A DNA stretch of 61,941 bases, counting the filler, from Vannella sp. (lineage: Eukaryota), in NCBI GenBank assembly GCA_023345925.1. It is 5 parts of 5 records of this genome, joined end to end, with 100 filler letters (N's around TTAATTAATTAA, not from the genome) between each part and the next. Parts side by side here need not be neighbours in the genome. Positions count along the whole stretch, not along the records: positions 34,353 to 45,442 come from JAJQQN010000714.1; positions 45,543 to 54,555 come from JAJQQN010001275.1; 3 more parts are not named here. One strand, written 5' to 3'. The notes under the pieces are model-generated. The model did not search any database and had not been told where the DNA came from. It saw nothing but the letters and a program-made list of their open reading frames with translations. This document shows positions 36,364 through 47,259 of this stretch, one piece after another. How positions within the stretch are numbered: position 1 is the stretch's first letter; the number at the start of each line of letters is the position of its first letter. The position numbers were made by a program, and so were the translations under genes.

Positions 36364-36533
36364 CAGAGTTTTGCCTTTATTCAGCTTTCTTACCTAATTG
36401 AGCTTTATTGGCTCAAGCCCTCTTCCAGAGTTTTGCCTTAAATCAGCATTGATACCAAATTGAGCTTTATTAGCTCAAGCCCTCTTCCAGAGTTTTGCCT
36501 TATTTCAGCATTGATACCGAATTGAGCTTTTTG
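36364..36533. repeat. 62-bp tandem repeat, about 2.7 copies
   Basis: CAGAGTTTTGCCTT starts at 36364, 36426 and 36488; internal inverted repeat TTGAGC-N7-GCTCAA. Confidence 0.92.
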
Positions 36534-36557
36534 GAGAGTAGATGTTTGCTCATGCAC

Positions 36558-39500
36558 TCATCGAATGGGCTTAGCGCAGACGAGATCAATGATCTTGTCG
36601 AAGACAGCGGGGTTGTTGAGCATCTCGCGATGCTCTGCGCCCTCAATTTCAATGCTGATGACTGTTCTTAGGGGTGTGAGGCCAGAGGTGGCAACGTCCC
36701 TCCAAAGCGCTTCCGCATAAGACAAACTGCAGTAAGGAACGGTCCCGTCTCCGCTCTTGTTGGCTCGAGCGTTGGTTTGGAAGGTGTTCTTCGTTTCATA
36801 TCTAATTGGTGTGAGTCGCTTCTCAAGAACCCAGAGTCTGGGAGTAGGACTGTAGATACACTTACCCAATGCCTCCACTGATACGAAGGCCCCGAGGGTT
36901 TACACCGGCAATCTTCTTGTGGGAATACTTGTCTGCAGCAGCATCAAGTACATACCGGCCCTGCTGGGTCTTATGAGGTTTGAAGTAGTAGGACACTTCA
37001 GTGTTCAAGTTGATTCCGTATAGCACCCACAAATTCTCTACAGGAGGGGGGCGCAGCACAGGCGGAAGGCGACAGGGAGAAGAATTTCGCCCAGCCGAGT
37101 CCAAGTACAAGTGGTTGTCTTTGTAGAAGTTGGTAAAGAACTCTTTGGAAAGCTGGTAAAAGAGTGAGCTTCTGGTGTCTTTTTTGAAAGACGCAAACCT
37201 ACCGGGGAGGCAATAGAGACGATTTCATCTACGCCCATCTCTTGGTAAGTCTCTGAAGCGATATCGGTGTTGGAGACTTTCTTTGTGCCAACAACACTCT
37301 TTCTCCTCTTTTGTTCTGTATCACAGGAGTCTCCGTTAGTACGAAGATGAGCCACAGTGTCAGGGAATAAGTCCTCTTGCAATGGGAAGAGAGAAGGCAG
37401 ACTGGCAGAGCCTCTCGCCATTTGTCGGCCTTCTTCGGGAGTAAGGAAGACTTCTAATCCCATACAATCTCCGGAAACCACAGCGCGGACAGTTTTTGTG
37501 GCACCAAGGAAAGGAGGGCCAAGAGCAAAGAAGGCATGGATGTTAGTGTCGACCCACTCTTGCCCGAACTGAGGCTGGTCAGTAATCCATCGGAGGAAAT
37601 ACTGTGCGTTGCGGTTGCCCATGCTGTGGGCCATCAGCACTACGCGTTCATTATTGGTCTGTCGCATTGACTCAATCCGCATTCGTAATGTGCTGAAATA
37701 GGCATCTCGCTCCTCCAACTTCTCTGGAGGGAGTCTCCAATCATACTACATTCTTTGAGATGAGTGAACGGTTGAGACGAAGATTCAGAGAAACACTTAC
37801 AGGAGCAGCATCAAGATTCCTGGGGGTATAACCAACCATGGCCAGCTCGTGAATCACATGACCAAACACGTACGAAGCCTTCCGGGCCAATGGGTGTGTA
37901 GCTAGATAGTCAACAGCACCAAGACCAGTCACCGGACGCAGTTTGATACCAGGAGGATCAGAAAATCCATCTGGGGCTGTCAGAATATGGCGCAGCCAAG
38001 TTCTTTGGTCCGCATTCAAGGACTCTTCTCCTCCATCGTCCTCAGTGGCACTGATATCGAGTGTTTCAAAGGAGGATTGAGCCAAACTTGACTTTTGCTT
38101 TGAACTTGAGCGAAGCTTCCTTGAAGAAGAGGGTTTGCTTGAAGACTTCTTAGTCATTCGAGTTGTCAATTTTTGTGCCATTGCAGTTTTGCCAATCTTA
38201 AAGGGATCAACCCACACCCTATCCCGAATCCAACTCTCTTTCGGCGATTCCCATGCTTCCAGAGCGGAAGATGCCAGACCTGGAATGATCATAATGGGGT
38301 ACTTTGGTCGGAATCCATACTGGGCTTTGGCTTGACCCACAGATTGAGTCTGATAGTCTTTGAGCATGGACTTAACAGAGTTCAACGAGTCATGTAGTCC
38401 ATAATGGGCGTCCGTGGTGTTCTTCATCTCGTCCGGAGATTGCTGTTGGTAAGTAACTTTCAAGTAGATCACTCCAGCCTTTCCTTTCTGGTCTCGAAGC
38501 TCCAGAGTGACTTCTTCTTCTTTGTTTCGAGGATCTAAAACAAGAACTGTGCTTCCCTTTTGGATCCAATCAGGCCTGATCATCCAAAGGAGGTGACTTA
38601 CAATGAAATCATTTGTCTGAAGCTCTCCTTCTTCAGCTTTGTCCCAGTCGAAGCAGTCAATGGTAATGTCGCGGTAGAAGATGTTGTCGCTTCTCGTAGG
38701 TTAGATTCTCTTCTGATTCCTTTGGATGGGAGAGCGTACAGTTTGATGACAAACACAAAGGATTCGTCCCACACTGGATCGAGTGTCTTCTCTCGAATAG
38801 ATGAGGTTACGCGTTGTTGGAGGGTTCCTAAACGGTGTGAAAGGATACAGAACGGATCACTGAGCCCATCATCGTCCTTTGCAAGCAAAGATTCACCCTT
38901 GATGACTACGAATAATCAGCCTCCGTATCCTCTATCAATAACCCAACGTACGAGTGACTACCGCAGCATTGGGTTGGAAGATTTCAGCGTTTTCTACAGA
39001 AAGTTAGGACAAAGGCATGCAGAGTGGCTAGAACTCACCCAGCGTTTTCCTGGGACAGGTGCATAGAACGCCATTGACTTCCTGTGTCGCATACTTCTTG
39101 GCAAAGTCCATACAAGTCATTCCATTCTTTAAGCGATAAAGGACATCAGAGCCAGCTTGGACAAGATGATTGATCATTCCCAAAGACTTTGGATTCAAGA
39201 CTGCCATGTGCATCTCTGAGAGTCCCATGCTAACTGCCCGTTAGCAAGTGAATCCATTCGGTAAAGATTCTCCTTACTTGTTGATGGAATTGGGGAAGCA
39301 CCCGTTATCCAGCAAGAAGTCCACAGCAATGGCGTTGGCATGGAGGGCTGCAATGTGCAAGCAAGTGTTCTCCTCGATGTTTCTGACGTTGAGATAAGCG
39401 CCATTGCGCAAGCACTTCATTAGAGTAGCTTTGTATCTCTCTTCATCCACTCCTGGTTGCCCCCGACAAAGCTGGTACAGCAGGAAAGTGCCATCAGAGT

Positions 39501-41006
39501 TCTGGTATCTACAAAGAATGAGATATTTGATCAATGACTCCCTGAGAGTGACTAACTGAAAGTTGAGAGCTTTTTGGTCCAGCAGAAAGTCCAAAAGGTC
39601 CAACTTGAAGCGAGTGGCAGCCCAAAGGGCGGCCAAGTTGAGTAGCTGATGATAGGGCATGTCTTTGAAGAGGTCTTCTTGGACTTGGAAGCCTCTTCTA
39701 CCCATTCCAGCAGAGGCATAGAGACTGGTCACGCTGCATTTCATGGGCAAATCACTTACAGCTTCTCGCTCTTGGCACTGACTGTTGACTTCTTTAATTT
39801 TCTCCAAGTCGTTGGCTTTGATGGCCTCCCAGACGATTTGGATGAGTCGAGTGCTCACATCTCTCCCTAAGATGAGAATAATTTGCTCCAGGTCCATCCG
39901 GTAAGCCATATCCAACGGCATCTCTCCATCATTATTTACCACAAACTTGGGAGCATGCATGTCAAGAAGGAATTGAACCTGGGCAAAGTGAGCCAAGGGA
40001 GGAGGACACTGGAATTGACTATTCACTATTCACTTACCCTTCCAGGGTCATGTGACTTGACAGCCAGATGCAAGCACGTATCCCCATCTCTGCTTCATAT
40101 TAGTCTCATCTACCGAGGAAGGAGATAGCCTCGTACGAGTTCTTGGACTCCAATTGGAAGTATTGTTGCGCCACGAGGTACGAGAGAGCGTTTAAGGCGT
40201 TATGACGAGTGCACGTGTGTGCAGCAGTGTTACCCATATCGTCTCGGTTGTATACATGCAGATCATGACGCGCAAACAGCGAGATAACTTGCTCACATTG
40301 AGCCGCAGTGGCGCGTTGGTTCTTGCAGAAGAAGTGCAAGGCGTTCTCGCCTCTACGGTTGTAAATGTCAACGGTAGCACCTGCACTGATAAGTATTTCG
40401 ATTCGTCTGGGGTCTCCACTGCGAGCAGCGCACATCAAAGGCGTGTTCCGCTCATCATCGAGGCTGTTAGGGGCGAAGGTCTTCTTCTTGGTGGCTGCTT
40501 TGAGAAGTGCTGTACTATGCTCTGCAGCGAGATGACTGAGGGTACGTCCAAAGGCATCTTTAACGAGCAAATCATCGCTGCTGAGATTGCGCGCAGCCTT
40601 CTTCAGTGCAGACTCGTTCATGAAGGGGACACGAGCTAGGAGAGGTGAATCAGCCTTAGCAGCAACAAAGAAGACACCCAAACGGCCCTACTCCAGGTCA
40701 GTGCAGGTCAAGAGGGAAGGAGAGACCAACCATTGAGCTTCCAGGAAGTCTATTGAGACTCTCTTCCAGCTTAAAAGCAGGCCCGTTCTCCTCATACGTC
40801 AAGTAGTGGTGCTCACGACTGAGGAACAGCTTGTCAGCGATGCTTTCAAAGAGGGTACCGACGGTCGTGCTCTCCTCCAGGTTGAACGTCAACGTCTGCT
40901 CCTGCATCCTCACCACCGCAATAACCACCCGCGGAGTCTTAGGACCAGAGCTCCCCACAGACTTCACACTGAGCCAGGACTCAGCCGGAAGACGAAGCTC
41001 GGTCAT
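36558..41006 (-). CDS. Ubl/FERM-N-like + ankyrin repeats + C2 + LCAT/PDAT-family acyltransferase/phospholipase, multi-exon
   Basis: Ankyrins (NTPLMCAA, NTCLHIAA); C2 (AKDDDGLSDPF..KTLDPVWDESF..FDWD); IIPGLASSALE, YDWRL, MAHSMG, SGDGTVPY, EHREML. Confidence 0.88.
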
Positions 41007-41089
41007 GGCCCCCAAAAAATGAGCTTTTCCCTTCGTTTTTGGGTTATGCCAATGAAGAAGCATCTTTAAGTGTATTTAGAGGTCCAGGA

Positions 41090-41803
41090 ATGGCCCTCTC
41101 AGGTTCATTGTGCCGCTGGGGGATGGCGGAGGCTCGCCCGAGGAAGTTCGTTTTGTTGGGAGAACCGGGCGTGGGGAAGTCTTGGTTGAACTCTCGCTTT
41201 GTTAAGGACGTTTGTGAGCAGAACTGTACTAGTTCTCGCGAGTGCCTGGAGATCACAGTGCGGGTGAGGGAGCGTTTGGTTCTTCTGCACTTGTTTGAGC
41301 ATGTCGAACCTCCACCCACCCATTGTTCCTATCCGACACTGAGAAGGGTAGATGTGGAGGGCATCGTGGTCAGCGCGGCAAGCCTGACGCCACTGCAAGA
41401 TTACGATGGATGGGTGGCTTTCTGTGACCGGTACGGGCCCGACGCCTACGATCCCAACGCCAGGCCGTTTGTAAGAGTATATGTGTTGAACAAGGTGGAC
41501 CTCTGCTCTGCTGTGGAAGTGGAAGCTCTCCTTGGTAGATTCAGGGAGGAAAGAGGAGTGACCTTCTGTCCAGTCTCTGCCAAGACAGGAATGGGAGTGG
41601 ATCTGTTCTTTATGACCGCTGCAGGACTTTCAGAACAGCAAGAGCTTGATATAGAGGCGGCCAAGCCTGCTAGTGTGCCTGCTCCTGCTCGTGTTGACCG
41701 TCTTCGGCCGGGAGGGAGAGAACCTTCCATTCTACGACGCATCATTTACCACAACTTCCAAAGCCCAACGTACAGCTTACCAGCGCGATGGAGGAGAACG
41801 TGA
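41090..41803 (+). CDS. Atypical Ras-superfamily P-loop GTPase 1
   Basis: GEPGVGKS (G1), NKVD (G4), SAKTG (G5); the G3 position reads LFEHVE. Confidence 0.8.
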   Translation: MALSGSLCRWGMAEARPRKFVLLGEPGVGKSWLNSRFVKDVCEQNCTSSRECLEITVRVRERLVLLHLFEHVEPPPTHCSYPTLRRVDVEGIVVSAASLTPLQDYDGWVAFCDRYGPDAYDPNARPFVRVYVLNKVDLCSAVEVEALLGRFREERGVTFCPVSAKTGMGVDLFFMTAAGLSEQQELDIEAAKPASVPAPARVDRLRPGGREPSILRRIIYHNFQSPTYSLPARWRRT

Positions 41804-41972
41804 TAGCGATAAACAGACTTACAGATTATGCAATCGAAGGCCAATCACCATTTGGGAGGTGCGTTGTATGGGGAGGTGCGTTGGGCACAGAAACGTTAAA
41901 GTTTGAGGAAGAGGGCTGGAATGGAGAGTCTCTGTGCATTGGGATCAATCCACTGGTCATCTGCTGGTGGCT

Positions 41973-42626
41973 ATGGAGGAGGACCAAGCTGTGAGGATCT
42001 TCCTTGTGGGGGAACCGGGCGCGGGGAAGTCCTGGCTGGCCTCTCGGTTTGTCAATGGGGTTGCTGGAGTGAATGACCAAGAAACCTTCAATACGTCACT
42101 GCCCGACAAGAACTCTTCCATCCGGTTGTCTCTGTTTGATTGTTCGGACCCTCGCCAGAGGGACAACTTGATCCGCATGAGTAACCTGAATGTGATAGTC
42201 ATCAATGGCACACATCCCCTCGACCAAGTCCTCTCTGAGATCATGCACTGGCAGACATACCTCGATGGCAGAGACACAGCTTCTCAGAAGGAAGTCCGGG
42301 ACTTGCCTGATCGCGTTGTCGCTCTGACCAAGGCTGATCTGATCACAGAAGAACAGATGAGGCTGATAATTGATCGCCTGAGCCATGCACTGGACGAGAG
42401 CATCTTCGTTGTGTCCGCGAAAACGGGAAAAGGAGTGGACGAGCTCTTCATGACCGCTTTGGGAAGGATCATTCGATCCCGAACAGATCCTCACTTCGAC
42501 AGGCCACCATTCCAGCCTCCCATTTGGCCTTCTGATGGGAATCTCTATCAACGATTCGTTTACCACTTGTTCCAAAGCCCAACGAACAGCATCTTCGCTC
42601 GATGGAGGAATCAAGAAGGCCGATAA
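41973..42626 (+). CDS. Atypical Ras-superfamily P-loop GTPase 2
   Basis: GEPGAGKS, TKAD, SAKTGKGVDELF; the G3 position reads LFDCSD. Confidence 0.8.
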   Translation: MEEDQAVRIFLVGEPGAGKSWLASRFVNGVAGVNDQETFNTSLPDKNSSIRLSLFDCSDPRQRDNLIRMSNLNVIVINGTHPLDQVLSEIMHWQTYLDGRDTASQKEVRDLPDRVVALTKADLITEEQMRLIIDRLSHALDESIFVVSAKTGKGVDELFMTALGRIIRSRTDPHFDRPPFQPPIWPSDGNLYQRFVYHLFQSPTNSIFARWRNQEGR

Positions 42627-42689
42627 ATAGTGTTCACAGAGTGCAAAGGCATGGTCTATTGAAGTTTGCCTTTTTGGGATGCGTTAGGC

Positions 42690-45298
42690 TCATCCAATTG
42701 GCTTCTCACAGACAAAATCGATGATTTTGTCAAAGACAGCGGGATTGTTGAGCATCTCTCGGTGGTCTGCACCCTCAATCTCAACACTGATGACTGACTT
42801 CAAAGGTGTCAAGCCACTTCTTGCTGCATCTTTCCACAACGCTTCTGCATAAGAGAGACTGCAGTAAGGAACGGTCCCATCTCCACTCTTGTTGGCTCGA
42901 GCATTGGTTTGGAAGGTGTTCTTCGTTTCATATCTGAGGTTGTCACTTGTGAGTGAGGATGAATGAATGGGGCCTTTCCTTCCTACCCGATACCGCCACT
43001 GATGCGGAGACCCCTCGGATTGACACCAGCAATCTTCTTGTGGGAGTATTTGTCCGCTGCTGTGTCAAGAACATAGCGGTCTGGCTGTGTCTTATGAGGT
43101 TTGAAGTAATAAGACACTTCAGTGTCCAAGTTGATGCCGTACAATGCCCACAAGTTCTCCACAGGAGGAGGACGAAGGACGGGTGGGAAGCCACAAGGCG
43201 ATGGATTAAGCCCTGCCGAGTCCAAGTACAAATGATTGTCTCTATAGAAGGTCCCCAAAAAGCTGTTTGAGAGCTGGGAAAGGTCAATTCAGGCAAATAC
43301 TGAAGGAACCGAGAACTTACTGGGGAAGCCAGTGAGACAATATCATCCACACTCATCTCTTGATAAGTCTCTGAGGCAATTGCTTGGTTGAATGGCTTCT
43401 TGGTTGCAAAGATGCTCATTCTCTTGCTCTGCTGAGGTTCTTCTGAATCTCCGTTAGTGCGGAGATGGGCCACAGTATCTGGAAAGTAGTCTTCTCTAAG
43501 GGGAAAGAGAAAGGGTAGGCTGGCAGAACCTCTTGCCATTTGTCGGCCTTCTTCAGCAGTCAAGAAGACCTCTAATCCCATGCAATCGCCCGATACTACA
43601 GCACGTACACACTTTGTAGCCCCAAGAAATGGGGGACCAAGAGCGAAGAAAGCGTGAATATTCACATCAATCCACTCTTGCCCCAACTCTGGTTGGTCAA
43701 GAATCCACTGAAGGAAGTACTGAGTCACGCGATTTCCCATACTGTGAGCCAGGAGGACCACTCTCTCTCTGTTAGAGAGGCGCATGTACTCAATTCGCAA
43801 TCGGAGCAAGGAAAAGTACCCGTCACGGTCTTCTAGCTTTTGTGGAGGAAGTCTCCAGTCATACTAAGCCTGGTGAGCTGGGTGAATAGTCAGCGTTGAT
43901 AACTTACTGGTGCAGCGTCGAGATTCTTAGGCGTGTAGCCGACCATAGCAAGCTCATGAATAACATGCCCAAAGACAAAAGAAGCTTTGCGCGCAAGAGA
44001 CCGAGTTGCCAGGTAATCTATCGCACAAAGACCCGCCAGAGGGCGGAGTTTGATTCCAGGTGGGTCAGAGAAACCATCTGGAGCGGTTAGAATGTGCCGT
44101 AACCACAGGCGTTCATCAGCATTCAGAGACTCCTCTCCCTCTTCGCCACCGCTTGATACATCTGAATTCTCTTTCTCGTCAGAAGAGGGAGCCGAGTTGG
44201 CACGACTTCCTCTAATTCCAAAAGTAGATCGGAAGATACCAGCACTAGAAGCAGCTGGAGTCGCAGAGTTCTTCCTGGACAAGCAAGAGGCTATTTTTTG
44301 GGCCATTGCAGTCTTCCCGATCTTAAAGGGATCAATCCAGACACGGTCTCGAATCCAGCTCTCTTTTGGAGACTCCCAAGCTTCAAGTGCGGTAGAAGCA
44401 AGTCCAGGAATAATCATTATCGGGTATTTTGGCTTAAATCCATAGAGGGCCTTTGCCTGACCCACAGATTGTGTCTGATAGTTCTTGAGCATGGACTTGA
44501 CACTGTTGAGAGCATCATGGGCAGTGTAATGAGTGTCTATAGAGTTCTTCTTCTGCTCAGGGGGCAGCTGTTGATAGCGAACCTGCAAATGAATCACCCC
44601 AGCTTTCCCCTTTTGGTCTCGCAACTCGAGTGTCACATCTTCTCCTTTACTTCGGGGGTCCAATACAAGAGTCGCACTTCCCTGTTGCAATGTCACACTG
44701 TGAGATACAAATACTACACTGAATCATCTTACAATGAAATCATTGGTTTGTAACTCGCCTTCTTCTGCCTCGTCCCAGTCAAAGCAGTCGATTGTGATGT
44801 CACGGAAAAAGATATTTCCCCTTTTCCCGGCTGAATAAGTCTCCAGCACTTGATATGGACTTTGACTGAGAGCTTACATCTTGATCACAAACACGAAGGA
44901 TTCGTACCACTCTGGCTCCAGCGTCTTTTCTTTCACGGAGGATGTGGCGCGCTGTTGGAGAGTGCCCAATCGGTGCGAGAGAATGCAAAATGGGTCGCTT
45001 AGTCCATCATCGTCTTTTGCAAGCAATGACTCTCCACGTATTACAGAATTGAGTTAAAAGTCAGCTCGTAGGTAGTCACTAACGAGTAATAATCGCGGCG
45101 TTGGGTTGCAGGATTTCTGATGAGGCTCTCTCTGCGTCAAGTCGTTAGTTTTCTTGACAGACAATTTGAAGCATTTACCTAATCCCCTCTTCTTCGGATG
45201 GGTATAGAGTACAGCATTGACTTCAGGAGTTGCGTACTTTTTGGCAAAGTCAACACACGTCATTCCATTCTTCAAGCAATAATGGACATCAGAGCCAG
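42690..45298 (-). CDS. 5'-truncated paralogue of the C2-LCAT/PDAT gene (possibly a pseudogene)
   Basis: Exon-by-exon similarity to 36558-39155, with LAHSMG, SGDGTVPY and DHREML intact. Similarity stops at 45298. Confidence 0.85.
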
Positions 45299-45442
45299 GG
45301 GTGTGAGGGAAAATGCCTGAAAGGCCCAAAATGATTGGTCGAATCCATGATGTAAGGTTTAGGGTTTAGTTCAAGACGGCTCTTCTACCCATTCTGAGTT
45401 ATTTTATAAAGTCTTCAATTCCAAAAGCTTTAGCTTTATTAA

Positions 45443-45542
45443 NNNNNNNNNNNNNNNNNNNNNNNNNNNNNNNNNNNNNNNNNNNNTTAATTAATTAANN
45501 NNNNNNNNNNNNNNNNNNNNNNNNNNNNNNNNNNNNNNNNNN
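45443..45542. other. Artificial contig linker
   Basis: N-TTAATTAATTAA-N, 100 nt. Confidence 0.98.
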
Positions 45543-46122
45543 GGTCAGAACCACGGAAAGGGCATTCTTATCCAGATTTTGAAGATTTTTTCTCATCCAT
45601 GACCAGGGAATTAGTGACAACCGGGCATGATTACTCTTGGATGCAGGATTTTGTCGCTCTCCTGTCCCCAACCCAGTTCCCAACCCAGTTCCTGGACCAA
45701 ACCCGACTGATTTCACAGGGTAGAAACAACTCGTCCCTCCTTTCCATCGCATTGTTGATATTGGCCATCTTCTGATAAATATGTTCTTCTCACTGAATGG
45801 GCCTCTTTCACTGGACCACTGCAGCTGAGCTGCAAGCTCAGCTACGAGCAGAAAACGCTGCTCAGCTTGCGTCGCTGTATTAGCTGCTGTGGATGTAGCA
45901 GCGTTCTCCTGCAGAGGGGTAAGAAAACCGTATCTTCCAGCTATATTTGCAATCTTCTGGCTTTATTACGACATAATTGGACTTTTTCCCGCACGCGTGA
46001 GGGCTTTAGGTAAGCGAGGAGGTGTGATCTGCGAAGTTCTTTTCTATTGCAAGCGGAGGATCCAATCTCCTTTATTGACAAAAGAGGGCTGTTTCTCCTT
46101 TGGGGCAAGCGGCTTCAGTTCG

Positions 46123-47183
46123 TCAAAGGAAGCGGGCACTCTTCTTTCTGTTGCTGGTGGAAGAATGAGGGGGAGCAGGCTGGGCAGGAGATAGTGTGGG
46201 AGTGTATTGATTGGACCCATGGTTGAGCCCGAGTTGTCCGTGATAGTTGTACCCGAAGACCAGCAGGCCGCCTTCCTGTGGGAACGCCATGGAATGGTAT
46301 CCTCCCGCAACCAGGGAGCTTATTCTTTCCAGGGAAGGGATCAGAGTAGGTTGAAGCTGTTTGCTAGTGAATTCCACTGCCAATTGCCCTGATTCACCCC
46401 ATCCCCAGGACCAGACGCAGCCTTCCTCATCCAGAGAGAGAGAGTGTGAGCCCATCCGCAGGAGGCTGCAAGCATAGGAGGGATGTTACTGACTTGCAGA
46501 AGCTTCGAGACATCACCAGAAGAGCGCCCCAGTTGGCCACGATAGTTGTCTCCAGCGGAGAAGACGCCTCCTTGCGAGTCAATGAGAATCACTCCTTCTT
46601 GAAATGCAGCCAGGCTTCGCAGAGGCCCTTTGGAACGACCTTTCACCTCGATAAGGGTTGGTTGGAGAGCGCTGCGAGTGTGGCCGAGACCCAGTTGCCC
46701 TTTGGGGTTGTCACCCAACACCCAGAGGCCTTCTTCGGCCTCTGCCACGAGGAAGTTGTAGCCGCAAGCTACCTTGCTGAGGAGAGAGAGACCACTCACT
46801 CGTTGAGGAAGAGGATTCGCCCACGAGAGGTCGGTCTGGCTCGTCCACACCCAAAGGCCGCCGTCGGTGTCGATGGCAGCATTGTGATACTCGCCAGCAG
46901 CCACCAAAACGATAGAAGGAAGTTCTGTCACCCGTTGAAAGGTGGGAGAGGGAACAGAGGAGCGGGAGCAGCCAGCCTCCCACACACCGCCCTCCGCATC
47001 AAGGACGAGGGAGTGTTCGCATCCCCAGTCCACCTGAACCGGCTGCGGACCATTCCAGGGAACCTCTACTGGTCTCCATTGGCCATTCTTGTGACCAAGA
47101 CCAAGTTGTCCTTCGTCATTCCTTCCAAAAGCCAAAAGACCTCCTTCGAGGGAGAGGAGGAGCGTGTGTTGACCAAAAGGCAT
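46123..47183 (-). pseudogene. RCC1 repeat paralogue 3 with a +2 frameshift in a (CT)6 run
   Basis: Two ORFs (46341-47198 and 46123-46455) together give a protein colinear with 1-1030; ends NRKKSARFL. Confidence 0.8.
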
Positions 47184-47259
47184 CCAAATAATGCACATCC
47201 TTAGGGTTTAGGGTTTATGGTTTATGGTGTTTTAGGTTTCCAAGAAAAAGCACTTTTTG

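Noticed and set aside
36364..36533. Possible CRISPR array
   Set aside because: The variable segments are homologous to each other rather than unique spacers, there are fewer than three units, no cas genes are present, and the context is eukaryotic.
45640..45723. [23 protein letters not shown] stretch resembling the surface-protein repeats
   Set aside because: Too short and at a contig edge. It may be a terminal exon, but no gene model is supportable.
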